Of a stretch of DNA of 64,000 nt, positions 1 to 8,493 are shown piece after piece (positions within the stretch are counted from its first letter, which is position 1; each line of letters starts with the position of its first letter). The notes under the pieces are model-generated. The model was given only the letters and a program-made list of their open reading frames with translations. It was not told where the DNA came from and made no database searches. Origin of the DNA: a virus. The position numbers and the translations under genes are program-made. The stretch is taken from positions 64,001-128,000 of the IMG/VR virus record IMGVR_UViG_3300049893_001984. One strand, written 5' to 3'.

Positions 1-466
1 TAACTTCTTCAGCCCTATTGTCTGGCTGAACTGCAATTATTACCAACCCAGGTTGAGAAGGTGGGCAATGTCCTTCTGACAAGTAAAGTCCAGCGAACAA
101 ACCCATATCATGTGACATTGTAACCTGCACCGGAACTTCAGGAAGCATGGCTACAGGCGAGCGTGTCTGCCCGATCACGCAATCCAGCGGATAGATTGGT
201 GAAAGCTCACCCTTATCATTCAAAGTTATAAGGCTGTGGTCTTCTGTGACCGTAACGTGCCTACCTGAACTAAATGTCACAGTAAACAAGCGCTTATCGT
301 TACTGTGTTTCAAATATCCAGTTACGATCATCCAAGCTGAAGCCTGTGTTTTAGGATCAACAGACAGAACACGGTCCCCAGCTTCCCAGCGGTACTGTTC
401 AATGGGTCCACGCCAAAGCTCTTCATTCTCTTTTCTAATAATGATCTGCGTGTTGCCTGTCACACT
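1..466 (-). mobile_element. Intein with LAGLIDADG homing endonuclease, in frame within the RNAP beta gene (N-terminal part only)
   Basis: After extein ...YDNFPFNRK the frame reads SVTGNTQIIIRKENE (block A, Ser1), then GRHVTVTEDHSLI (block B TxxH), then DMGLFAGLYLSEGH (LAGLIDADG block C). Confidence 0.9.
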
Positions 467-2608
467 TTTGCGGTTGAATGGAAAATTATCATAAATTTCG
501 TGCAACTCTTCTTTGCCATCAGCGTATTTAACAGTGATGCCCTTCCTGTCCATCTTGCTGACAACACCATCCCCCTTAGACTTAATCGCCCCTACGTGTT
601 CGGCATAATGGTCAGCGAACGACTTACCTTCCTCAGTAGTAGGCTGTACCAGTGGTGCTTCCGGCTTCTCCAAAGGAAGTGCCTGCAGAGCGAACTTGGC
701 ACCCATCAACAAGCGGCCACCCTTGATGCTGTTAATCATGGGTACCATGTTGGACGAAGCGGTGAACATACGAGTGGGGTGAGGCAGTTCATAATCAGCC
801 TCGCCCTTCTTAACGTAGATCAACTGTTTGGCCTTGCTCATGGCACGCACAGTGTCACCTTCCCTTTCGTGTTCACCGGGGAAAGCAACAACTGACTTTG
901 CAGCCTGTTCGGCTGAAACCATCTCCGTCTTACCGGTTCTCATATTCTTCATAGGCGAGTAGAGTCGGCCATCGGAGCCTTTAACAGTTCCATGGGCAAT
1001 ACGACTATCTACGCCGATGTTTCCCGACTCAGGGGCTCGAATCGGGTCGAAAAATCCGAAGTGTGAAGGCTGCACATTGCGTGATTCGTCAGGCACAGCA
1101 TCCGCCGAGCTGATACCGCCTTCACCCAGGCGAAGCACTCTTAGATGCTGGTCAAAGATTTCGAGCGGATTGGTTTCTTCGAGGTTCTGCCCCATTCCAG
1201 ACCGAAGCAGTACACCTCGCAGCTGGGGCGTAAGTGCGCCAGACGGCATGTGTTTCAAGTGTCCGCGCAGCGTGGACTTCCACAGCAGCTTACGACCAAT
1301 CATCCCGGCGTCACGCTGAACACGCTCGGCAAAGAAATCCTCAGGGCCGTGCATTGTCTGATAAGCCAAGGAGTCGCGGTCGTCAGTGTCCTCAAGACCC
1401 TTGTGCACGTTAAGCAGCTTCTGGCTAGTGCGCAGAAGCATAGGTACATCGGCATTCTTGTGCGGATGACCCAGGGTTGATTGTGTTACTTCTGGATCCA
1501 GCTCCATCTTATTAAAGACAGCAGCGATCCCTTGCCCGTGGGTGTTACCTGTGGGCAACGGTTTAAACTCTGTTTCGTTCTCTTCTTCTGGCTCACCTTC
1601 AGCCGCACTCTTTATTACCGTCTTGTTTAGTAGCGCTTTCTCAAGTGCTTTAATTGAGGCATTTTCAAGGCAGTAACGGTGAAAATGTCCGCGCTGGTAA
1701 GCGACAGGTGGGGGTGGTCCAAAGGGCTTATGGCAAAGACCACAGATGCGGTGCGGGTCGTGCTTGTTAAAGGCTGCCTCTTTAACTTCGCCATCCTCAT
1801 CCTTATTCTCTTCAGAGACACTGGCTTCGCCGCGCGTGCCTACCAACTTGGCGTAAGCACGCTGCACGGCTCGCGGATCATCGGCTTCAATATTCTGCTT
1901 GAGCAGGTCCTTACCCCAGTGCTTCTCAATCTCTTTATCCTGTACGCCCATAGCCTTCAGGATCGGGTACATTTTGAGCGTAGACTGGCCGACTCCCAAA
2001 CGGAAGATGCCTGTGGAGGGCTCCATGTAAACACGGAAGGAGGGCCCTGTACCGTTCTTGACGTTTACATGGGCCTCCAACTCACCGTTCTCTTTAACAC
2101 GGGTGTAAACCCCTGACTTCAACCGCATCTGGTTCGCCACGGTGTATTCGTTACCGCTGTAGATAAATGTACCGCGATGTGTGGCATATGGGACGTGCGC
2201 GATAACGCCGCCCTTCTTGTCTACGACCTTATTTGTAGCTTTATCAATTAGATGCCATTCACCGCCAAGTCGCCGCTCAAGCGACTGACCTTTAAGAATA
2301 GCCTCTTTCTGCTGCTCAATAGAAACCTTGTCTGGGTCCATGTATTTAAGCCCATGGATCTCCAGACGATAGCGCGTGTTCTCTATCGGGTACTTTTGAG
2401 ATATGGCTTTGTGGACATTGTCGAAGATGGTTGAACGCATTTTATCTGCGTCACCAAAATTTCGATAAGAGACTGGTTCTTGTGAGGCGGGCGCCAAAGT
2501 GCTGCCCAGCAAACTAGTCGGCTGGGCTGCACTAGGCTTTTCTTCAGGCTTCGGTTGGCTTGCTCCGCCTGGGTTTACAAGAATGTTCTCGAGCGGGGAA
2601 GTTGCCAT
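1..2608 (-). CDS. rpoB: Phage DNA-directed RNA polymerase beta subunit (RpoB-like), intein-containing, 3' end beyond the left window edge
   Basis: Absent from the ORF track. Hand translation from ATG 2608 is open to position 2. RpoB motifs occur in order: HVPYATHRGTFIYSGNEYTVANQMRLKSGVY (cf. [22 protein letters not shown]), DTDDRDSLAYQ, GQNLEETNPLEIFDQHLRVLRLGEGGI (cf. [27 protein letters not shown]), RNVQPSHFGFFDPIRAPESGNIG (cf. [23 protein letters not shown]), GRLLMGAKFALQALP (cf. NRALMGANMQRQAVP). Confidence 0.93.
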   Translation of the reverse strand, partial: MATSPLENILVNPGGASQPKPEEKPSAAQPTSLLGSTLAPASQEPVSYRNFGDADKMRSTIFDNVHKAISQKYPIENTRYRLEIHGLKYMDPDKVSIEQQKEAILKGQSLERRLGGEWHLIDKATNKVVDKKGGVIAHVPYATHRGTFIYSGNEYTVANQMRLKSGVYTRVKENGELEAHVNVKNGTGPSFRVYMEPSTGIFRLGVGQSTLKMYPILKAMGVQDKEIEKHWGKDLLKQNIEADDPRAVQRAYAKLVGTRGEASVSEENKDEDGEVKEAAFNKHDPHRICGLCHKPFGPPPPVAYQRGHFHRYCLENASIKALEKALLNKTVIKSAAEGEPEEENETEFKPLPTGNTHGQGIAAVFNKMELDPEVTQSTLGHPHKNADVPMLLRTSQKLLNVHKGLEDTDDRDSLAYQTMHGPEDFFAERVQRDAGMIGRKLLWKSTLRGHLKHMPSGALTPQLRGVLLRSGMGQNLEETNPLEIFDQHLRVLRLGEGGISSADAVPDESRNVQPSHFGFFDPIRAPESGNIGVDSRIAHGTVKGSDGRLYSPMKNMRTGKTEMVSAEQAAKSVVAFPGEHEREGDTVRAMSKAKQLIYVKKGEADYELPHPTRMFTASSNMVPMINSIKGGRLLMGAKFALQALPLEKPEAPLVQPTTEEGKSFADHYAEHVGAIKSKGDGVVSKMDRKGITVKYADGKEELHEIYDNFPFNRKSVTGNTQIIIRKENEELWRGPIEQYRWEAGDRVLSVDPKTQASAWMIVTGYLKHSNDKRLFTVTFSSGRHVTVTEDHSLITLNDKGELSPIYPLDCVIGQTRSPVAMLPEVPVQVTMSHDMGLFAGLYLSEGHCPPSQPGLVIIAVQPDNRAEEV

Positions 2609-2641
2609 CGTCTGTTTTTACCTTTACATGGTCTGGTCAGC

Positions 2642-3595
2642 TTAGTTTGCCTCTTCAGCAAGATCGGGAGGGGCGACTTGAACAGGCGGAGGGCTTGCTC
2701 TGAGTCTTGCTTTTAGCATACGCCTCAGCTCCTTTAGCTTGTATCGCTCAGGATCATTGTCCTCAATGTAACCCTTAGCCGCCTGGTGAGCACCATATCC
2801 AAGCAGGGATGCAATACCAAGGTAAGGCCCAGCCATCTCAACTAGTTCCCCGGCAGCTGCCTTTGTATACGCTTGAGCTAAAGCATCCACAAGCTCACCA
2901 GCTGAACTCGCCTTGTTTAACCCTTTACTTGAGGCGTACTCCATTTTAAGCGCATTTTCAAATTCCTGCTTTGCTTTGGACAGGTGTTTATCCAGAACAG
3001 CGGAATGTGAGTCTATGGCTTTTTCAGAGGCATCCTGGTACCCCTTCTTCAGTTCTCTAGCTCCGGTCAATGCAGCTGCCGGATAGAACCATGGAAGGGA
3101 TGTGGGATTACTATTTGGCCTAGTTGCATGTGTAAACTTTTCATCGATAAGGCGTGCACCATATGCCTTTGCATCTTGTGCCGTTTCCAGCACCGGGCTA
3201 ACCATGGTGTCCCATATGATACCGGCATTCTTTGACAACAGCCGCTCATCGAGCCACTCTGCTGTCTTGCGTTGAGGCTCTGCTTTGCTTCCAGGTACGG
3301 AAGGCATCGTAATAGTCATATCGCGGCCAGGAGGCGCATCAGAGCCAGACCGTACAGGTAGAAGGCTTTCTATGCCGCTGTCCTGAACTTTTTGCTGTCT
3401 TATTCTTTGACCAGCAGCGTAACTCGCTTCACGTACCTTATCTATAATGGCCATCGCCTTAGCCGTGGCCTCTTCTTGTGAGGACGGTATGTGCTGATGC
3501 AGCACAGCCTCCTGTTCCTTAAGCTTCTGTTTCCAGGCTGGGCTTTCCATCAGTTCGTTGGCTACTTTTGCAAATTCGCCCATTATCCACCTCAC
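2642..3595 (-). CDS. Hypothetical protein, probable virion/head-associated, with K-x-A motifs
   Basis: 317-aa ORF co-oriented with its neighbours; KVAN, KTAE, KNAG, KAAA motifs; Gly/Ala hydrophobic segment near the C-terminus. Confidence 0.7.
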   Translation of the reverse strand: MRWIMGEFAKVANELMESPAWKQKLKEQEAVLHQHIPSSQEEATAKAMAIIDKVREASYAAGQRIRQQKVQDSGIESLLPVRSGSDAPPGRDMTITMPSVPGSKAEPQRKTAEWLDERLLSKNAGIIWDTMVSPVLETAQDAKAYGARLIDEKFTHATRPNSNPTSLPWFYPAAALTGARELKKGYQDASEKAIDSHSAVLDKHLSKAKQEFENALKMEYASSKGLNKASSAGELVDALAQAYTKAAAGELVEMAGPYLGIASLLGYGAHQAAKGYIEDNDPERYKLKELRRMLKARLRASPPPVQVAPPDLAEEAN

Positions 3596-3963
3596 GCCTT
3601 CGGCATATATGTATAGTTTAGAATCCAGCGGATAAACACACGCCAGCTCTTTATGCTTTCGTCGTATGTTTCCCTCTCGAAGGATATCTCTGCGTAGCCA
3701 TTACCAACCAGCTGGCATATGTCTTGGTAATAGTCCAGATCTTCCTCTTTTGAGAGGTCAAGTACATCGACATGTACATCACGACCCTGCTTCGGACGTT
3801 TTGAATCAATGTCGTCTTCTTTTATGTCTGGTATTGATTTTCCTTTAAAAGGAACACCGTCAATACCAGGAAGGATCATGTCCTGGTGTCTTGTCTTGTA
3901 GGGATCAACCAGAACAGCAGGTATTACTCGCCGTCTATTAATTTCCGCTTCAGGCAGTGACAC
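3592..3963 (-). CDS. Hypothetical protein (123 aa)
   Basis: Overlaps both neighbours (coupled operon); globular composition. Confidence 0.7.
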   Translation of the reverse strand: MSLPEAEINRRRVIPAVLVDPYKTRHQDMILPGIDGVPFKGKSIPDIKEDDIDSKRPKQGRDVHVDVLDLSKEEDLDYYQDICQLVGNGYAEISFERETYDESIKSWRVFIRWILNYTYMPKA

Positions 3964-4366
3964 CCTTACTCCTTGCCGCCATGCGGCTATGAATTTCTTG
4001 TGTCAGTTTCTTGTAGTTTTCGATCAACTCTTGTTTACGCAAATGCGTTATGTCTTCAGCCAGAGGCTTATCGGCCAAGCCTTCAGCTGCTCCGGTAATT
4101 CCACCTGCCACAAGAGGTGCACCAACTGCACCAATTGCGCCATAGTTGGCAGCGGAACCAAGTATACTCTTAGCTTTATCAAGAGCAGCCCCGCCCCTCT
4201 CAACAGCCATTCCACCTACGGCTAGAGGGAACCCTATCGGGCTATTGAAGGTGAAGTCATCCGCCTTCTTCTTAAACTCGTCTGGCGTAATACCTGCGTC
4301 AGCCAGACCATGTAGAAAGCCGACCTTGTACGCGTCGGCTTTCTTTCTCAGCTCACTATTATTCAT
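3950..4366 (-). CDS. Hypothetical Gly/Ala-rich protein, probable virion-associated
   Basis: 138-aa ORF; KKADAYKVGFLHGLADAGITPDEF helical module followed by a Gly/Ala-rich segment. Confidence 0.72.
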   Translation of the reverse strand: MNNSELRKKADAYKVGFLHGLADAGITPDEFKKKADDFTFNSPIGFPLAVGGMAVERGGAALDKAKSILGSAANYGAIGAVGAPLVAGGITGAAEGLADKPLAEDITHLRKQELIENYKKLTQEIHSRMAARSKGVTA

Positions 4367-4393
4367 CGCAGTTTCCCTTACATGTAACTTAAA

Positions 4394-5572
4394 TTAGTCT
4401 TCAAGCATACGGTTGATAAGGCTACTGCATTCCTCTCCGAGTTTACCTTCGTAAGAAGCACCCTTCTGAAGGACGTCAGCGACCTGCTCACCGTTCAATC
4501 CCATCTCCTGGCAGGCAAACAGAAGCCCATCAGTGAAAGGGGTGCCGAGGCTGGCCTTCTTTTCTTCCTTCTTTTCTTCCTTCTTGTCGTCTTCTTTGTC
4601 CTTACCCTTCATCGCTTTGTGGGCAAGGTAGCCAGCTCCGCCAACCGCAGCGGCTCCAGCCGCTCCAATGCCAATCTTCCCGGCAGTGCTGGTGTTGTTC
4701 CACTTATCCTTAACGTAATTACCAGCGTCAGAAACAGCGCCTTTAGTCTTTTCCCAGAGGCTTGGTTTCTTAGGGCCACTACTGACACCAGCGTACCGTT
4801 CAACTGTATTAGGACCACCACCGGCACCTGCATATTCCTCGGTAGTCATAGCGAATTTGAACAGGTGGTTGTACTTGTTTCGGATGTAAGCAGCCTGCTT
4901 CTTTGCTTCTTGCTCGGGCTTTTTACCGAAAAGCTTATCATAACCGAGATAGCCGAGCCCACCAAGTGCAGCTGCGCCTCCGATCAGGCCAGCTTTTCCG
5001 CCAGCGCCCCTGTTCCAAGTGTTCTTAATCCAGTTACCGGCCCTGTTCATCGCTCCAGGCCCAGCGGCAGGGGCAGCCGGTGAGACCATTCCAGCATACC
5101 GTTCAACTGTATTAGGACCACCACCGGCACCTGCATATTCCATCGTGGACATTGCAGGTTTTGCAGAAACGGGAGCGGCTCCACCTGCATATTCCATAGT
5201 TGACAGTCCGGACCCTTTATTGGAAGGCTGAAGAGCGTAGGGGCCGAGGTCTTTAACCGTAGGGTTAGCGCCTGGCCTAGAGGCAAGAGCGAGGTCTCCG
5301 GTATCTCTAACATTAGAGGTAGGGATAGCACCTGGTCTAGAGGCAAGGGCGAGATCGTCTTTTGGCATTTTATTGTTTCCTTTCGGGGTAGGCCCGCGCT
5401 TTATCACTTGTGTTTTGTCTGACACATCAGGATAAATAGCGCCATTAGGTAACGTCTGCAATTGGTTATACTTTTCTGGATTCCACTTAAGTGTTTCTGC
5501 GTAAGGGTCAGCTGCTTGTTTGGCCAAAATGCCGGACAGCTTTCCTATACTTTTTATATCAATTTTAGCCAT
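4394..5572 (-). CDS. Low-complexity repeat protein with K-x-A motifs, probable internal head/ejection protein
   Basis: 392 aa; repeats DLALASRPG x2, STMEYAG x2-3, EYAGAGGGPNTVERYAG x2; two basic-then-Gly/Ala hydrophobic segments (WNRGAGGKAGLIGGAAALGGLGYLGY; WNNTSTAGKIGIGAAGAAAVGGAGYLAH). Confidence 0.75.
   Translation of the reverse strand: MAKIDIKSIGKLSGILAKQAADPYAETLKWNPEKYNQLQTLPNGAIYPDVSDKTQVIKRGPTPKGNNKMPKDDLALASRPGAIPTSNVRDTGDLALASRPGANPTVKDLGPYALQPSNKGSGLSTMEYAGGAAPVSAKPAMSTMEYAGAGGGPNTVERYAGMVSPAAPAAGPGAMNRAGNWIKNTWNRGAGGKAGLIGGAAALGGLGYLGYDKLFGKKPEQEAKKQAAYIRNKYNHLFKFAMTTEEYAGAGGGPNTVERYAGVSSGPKKPSLWEKTKGAVSDAGNYVKDKWNNTSTAGKIGIGAAGAAAVGGAGYLAHKAMKGKDKEDDKKEEKKEEKKASLGTPFTDGLLFACQEMGLNGEQVADVLQKGASYEGKLGEECSSLINRMLED
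4788..5141. repeat. 51-bp direct repeat inside the 4394-5572 gene (copies 4788-4838 and 5091-5141; partial third copy near 5182-5197)
   Basis: ccagc(g/a)taccgttcaactgtattaggaccaccaccggcacctgcatattcc occurs twice with one mismatch. Confidence 0.9.
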
Positions 5573-5587
5573 TATCAGCTCCTTAGT

Positions 5588-6331
5588 TTATTGCTGCTGC
5601 TGCGGACCACTAAATGCACCCATGAGAGAGTTTGCGGCCATACCAGTAGCCGCTTGTCCGCCAATATTCATAGCTTGATTACCAGCCCAACCTCGCCAGG
5701 TTGTCGGTGAAGTTGCTCCAGGCGCTACTGAGCCTACGCCTGTCAAGCTTTTTGCTGTGTTGCCAACCCAGCCAGCCGCCCTACCAAGGTAGGGTAGAGC
5801 CCTGGCGCCCCAGGTAGCCGCAGTTGCTAGAATCGGAGCCCATGCTTCCTTTTCCATACCACGTGACTGAGCAAGCTTCATGAGCAAAATAGCCTCTTTT
5901 TCAGATCGTACCATAGACGCGGCCTTAATGAAGGCCTTGTTCTCTTGAGCTTGTTTACTGAAGGCAATCAAGTCACCCAGGTAAGAAACCTTAGCAGAAG
6001 AGGGTCTGTTAGACAAGCGTGCACATGCTTCCTTCACCGCATCAAGCTGCTTCTTCTGGCGCTTTTTGAATTGGTCGCCTTTTTCGTACTTCTTAACGTC
6101 TTTAGCTTGAAACTTCTTTCTGGCTGGAAGGTCTTGGTACTTAGTCTCAGCCTCCTCGGGCTCTTCTGGTTCTTTCATCTGGCTCTCCTTTGTACTTTCT
6201 TCAACTTTGTCTGGAAGTGATTTTATATCCTTGGTGTGGTGCGCCCATCTACGAGCGGTACCTTTGGGCAGTTCGCCTTTAGCCTCTGCTGCAAACATAA
6301 ACCTCTGTTGTGCCTTGGACTTAAATGGCAT
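5588..6331 (-). CDS. Hypothetical virion-associated protein with an N-terminal MPFKSKAQ-type phage module and a K-x-A-rich middle
   Basis: Starts MPFKSKAQQRFMFAAEAKGELPKGTARRWAHHT; KEAC/KQAQ/KAAS/KEAI/KLAQ/KEAW cluster; Gly-rich C-terminus. Confidence 0.72.
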   Translation of the reverse strand: MPFKSKAQQRFMFAAEAKGELPKGTARRWAHHTKDIKSLPDKVEESTKESQMKEPEEPEEAETKYQDLPARKKFQAKDVKKYEKGDQFKKRQKKQLDAVKEACARLSNRPSSAKVSYLGDLIAFSKQAQENKAFIKAASMVRSEKEAILLMKLAQSRGMEKEAWAPILATAATWGARALPYLGRAAGWVGNTAKSLTGVGSVAPGATSPTTWRGWAGNQAMNIGGQAATGMAANSLMGAFSGPQQQQ

Positions 6332-6333
6332 TT

Positions 6334-7080
6334 TTAGCCCTCGCTGTATAAGGCCCTATCTATGGCTGTCTCTGCTCGAGATGCAATGTGGCTTCCTTCT
6401 TTGCCAAGTATAGCATCTTTCAATCCACTCAAGCCATAAGATATACCAGTAACAGGGTGCATGATACCGTGAAGCGTTTGAAGTGGAAGCCCTAAGAGGC
6501 CATACTTTTCCCGGATCTCTTTCTGTTTATTGTCAAAACTGTTTATATCTCCCTTTAACCCTTCCTTAAAGCTACTAAAGTAGCCCCTTCTACCCATTTT
6601 GTACTCAGGGTCGTGCAGAGGGTTAGTGGCCAGGGAGCCTGCGTCAAAAATAGTGGATAATGCTGTGGCTGAAGGCAGGACTGGATGCAAGAGGGCATGT
6701 GAAACGGACATAGGGGCCCCAACCAGTTTTGCTGCCCCGTAGTTTAGTGCCCCGTGGCCTAGCCCAAACTTTAGAGCAGCCCCAGCACTAGTCGGAAAAC
6801 TGCTTGGATTTCTACCTTGCCCTGCATGAGAGTAAGCTTCGCTGGACAAGACTTGTTCGTTCTTCAGAAGCTTTTCACGTTCTTTGTCTAAATAAGGCGT
6901 AAGCCGGTCAGACTTTACTTTACCAGAGTCCAGGGCATTTCTTGCCTTTTCTTTGGCGATTGAATCAAGCTCTTCGTGTACATCATCTGGACCTATATCG
7001 CCCCTGTTGATTCTATCCAACAGTTCACGCATACGAGGGTCAGCTCGCCGCCGCATAATCTCTACAAGTGATTCCGGCAT
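6334..7080 (-). CDS. Hypothetical protein (248 aa)
   Basis: Long ORF with RBS (gaggaa) upstream of the ATG; Gly/hydrophobic segments. Confidence 0.7.
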   Translation of the reverse strand: MPESLVEIMRRRADPRMRELLDRINRGDIGPDDVHEELDSIAKEKARNALDSGKVKSDRLTPYLDKEREKLLKNEQVLSSEAYSHAGQGRNPSSFPTSAGAALKFGLGHGALNYGAAKLVGAPMSVSHALLHPVLPSATALSTIFDAGSLATNPLHDPEYKMGRRGYFSSFKEGLKGDINSFDNKQKEIREKYGLLGLPLQTLHGIMHPVTGISYGLSGLKDAILGKEGSHIASRAETAIDRALYSEG

Positions 7081-7098
7081 AACTTATTCCTCGAAACA

Positions 7099-7127
7099 AG
7101 ACAACCCAGGTATATCCTGGGCTGTCT
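7099..7127 (-). terminator. Stem-loop, possible intrinsic terminator
   Basis: Minus strand AGACAGCCCAGG-AUAUA-CCUGGGUUGUCU-UGUUU; 12-bp stem with one G-U pair; intergenic. Confidence 0.55.
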
Positions 7128-7167
7128 CATCTTCTTATAAAAACGCCTTGTGTTCAATACTGATTAT

Positions 7168-7623
7168 CTACTCTTCCGGACTCTCAAGATTTGAGTCAAG
7201 TTCTTTACCCTCAAGCTGGTAACTGAGTTCGAGCCATGCCTCAATGTTGTTAGAGCTCTTACCCTGCTGCTCATAGTGTTTCATGACTTCTCTGAAGCGC
7301 GAGATGAAACTCGCTTTTACTTTGCCCTGCCACGCTCGGATCTCAAACTCACCGTCATCGTTACGACACACCTTCTTTTCAAGCCAGCGCTGAATAGAGA
7401 CTACCTGCAGGCTTCCAGTTTCATCAGCGGCGGTGTACGGTTGAAAGTTCGGCGGTACAAGCGGTTGTCCTGATCCGTTAAAAGGGAACAACAGAATAGG
7501 TTGCCGGAACAAAGCGTTAAGCATCCCAACAGACGCGCGCGACAACTTCAGCTCCATCTTTTTCTCCTCCGAGGGCTTGAACCTCTTGGCCATTCGTAGA
7601 CTTCTTATCTTGCGGTTACCCAT
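7168..7623 (-). CDS. Hypothetical protein
   Basis: 151-aa ORF co-oriented with its neighbours. Confidence 0.6.
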   Translation of the reverse strand: MGNRKIRSLRMAKRFKPSEEKKMELKLSRASVGMLNALFRQPILLFPFNGSGQPLVPPNFQPYTAADETGSLQVVSIQRWLEKKVCRNDDGEFEIRAWQGKVKASFISRFREVMKHYEQQGKSSNNIEAWLELSYQLEGKELDSNLESPEE

Positions 7624-7665
7624 GCCGGAGATGGTAGCGCTGTCGTTATATCCGTCAAGCAGCTT

Positions 7666-8493
7666 TCACTTCTTGGGAATAAGCTTTGGCTTTTTCTTGG
7701 GTCCTCGCCACTCAACCTCTTGATACCATCTTCTCCCATTACGCAGAGCGAAAATTGTTTGCACGCCCTCGGTAGCAAAACCAGCATGGATTTCATCGTT
7801 TTCGTGAACCATGGTCTCACCGTACTGCCATTCAGTTTGACCTTTTGCTCCCTTGTCTACGCACACTATTTTCCACTTACCATCCACCCGTTTAACTTTG
7901 GCTTCAATGGTATCCAGTGTCGTATTTATGCAGACAAGCTTTGTTTTGTCGTAAAGGTTTATAACAGATTTTATATCATCAACATGCAAGGAGGATGACC
8001 AATTGCCAACTGATGGGAACATGGTTGGAAGATCGATTAACATCTCGGCGTTAAATTTCGTAGCATGGGCAATACCTAAAGCATGCCCAATCTCGTGGAG
8101 CAAAACTCCGTCCAGAACATCGTCATCTACTTCGTTTCTAATTTCAATTCTAGCTGCTTGCATCACGGATGTGTCTTCAGCAATGCAAGGGGTGGTGTAT
8201 CCCACAATGAAGAAAGGATACTGCCACTGTGCGTCTCGCTTAACTAAAATATGCGCATCACCACAAGGAGCTTCAGTGAACTGTACTACTCCGAACGTCT
8301 CTTTCTGCCAAGTAGCGAACGCCTTGGCTGCTGCCTCATGCAGCTTGTCATTAGGGTCGTGGCTCTCGACACGCCACGTAAGTTGTTGCGGTTCTTTCCA
8401 GCGAAGAGGTTTACCTTCCTCATTTACGAAGTACTCAAAGGCACTAGCGAATCCAGAAGACAGTGCCAGCACTACTGTAATCACTGTTTTCAT
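7666..8493 (-). CDS. Matrixin-like (metzincin, M10-type) zinc metalloprotease with signal peptide
   Basis: HEIGHALGIAH zinc motif (HExxHxxGxxH), Met-turn PTMFP, N-terminal signal-like MKTVITVVLALSSGFASA. Confidence 0.85.
   Translation of the reverse strand: MKTVITVVLALSSGFASAFEYFVNEEGKPLRWKEPQQLTWRVESHDPNDKLHEAAAKAFATWQKETFGVVQFTEAPCGDAHILVKRDAQWQYPFFIVGYTTPCIAEDTSVMQAARIEIRNEVDDDVLDGVLLHEIGHALGIAHATKFNAEMLIDLPTMFPSVGNWSSSLHVDDIKSVINLYDKTKLVCINTTLDTIEAKVKRVDGKWKIVCVDKGAKGQTEWQYGETMVHENDEIHAGFATEGVQTIFALRNGRRWYQEVEWRGPKKKPKLIPKK

Noticed and set aside
246-2434. Plus-strand ORFs in the track at 246-2434, and most other plus-strand ORFs in the window
   Set aside because: They are antisense shadows of genes with clear motifs (here the RNAP beta frame) and lack RBS or recognisable protein features.
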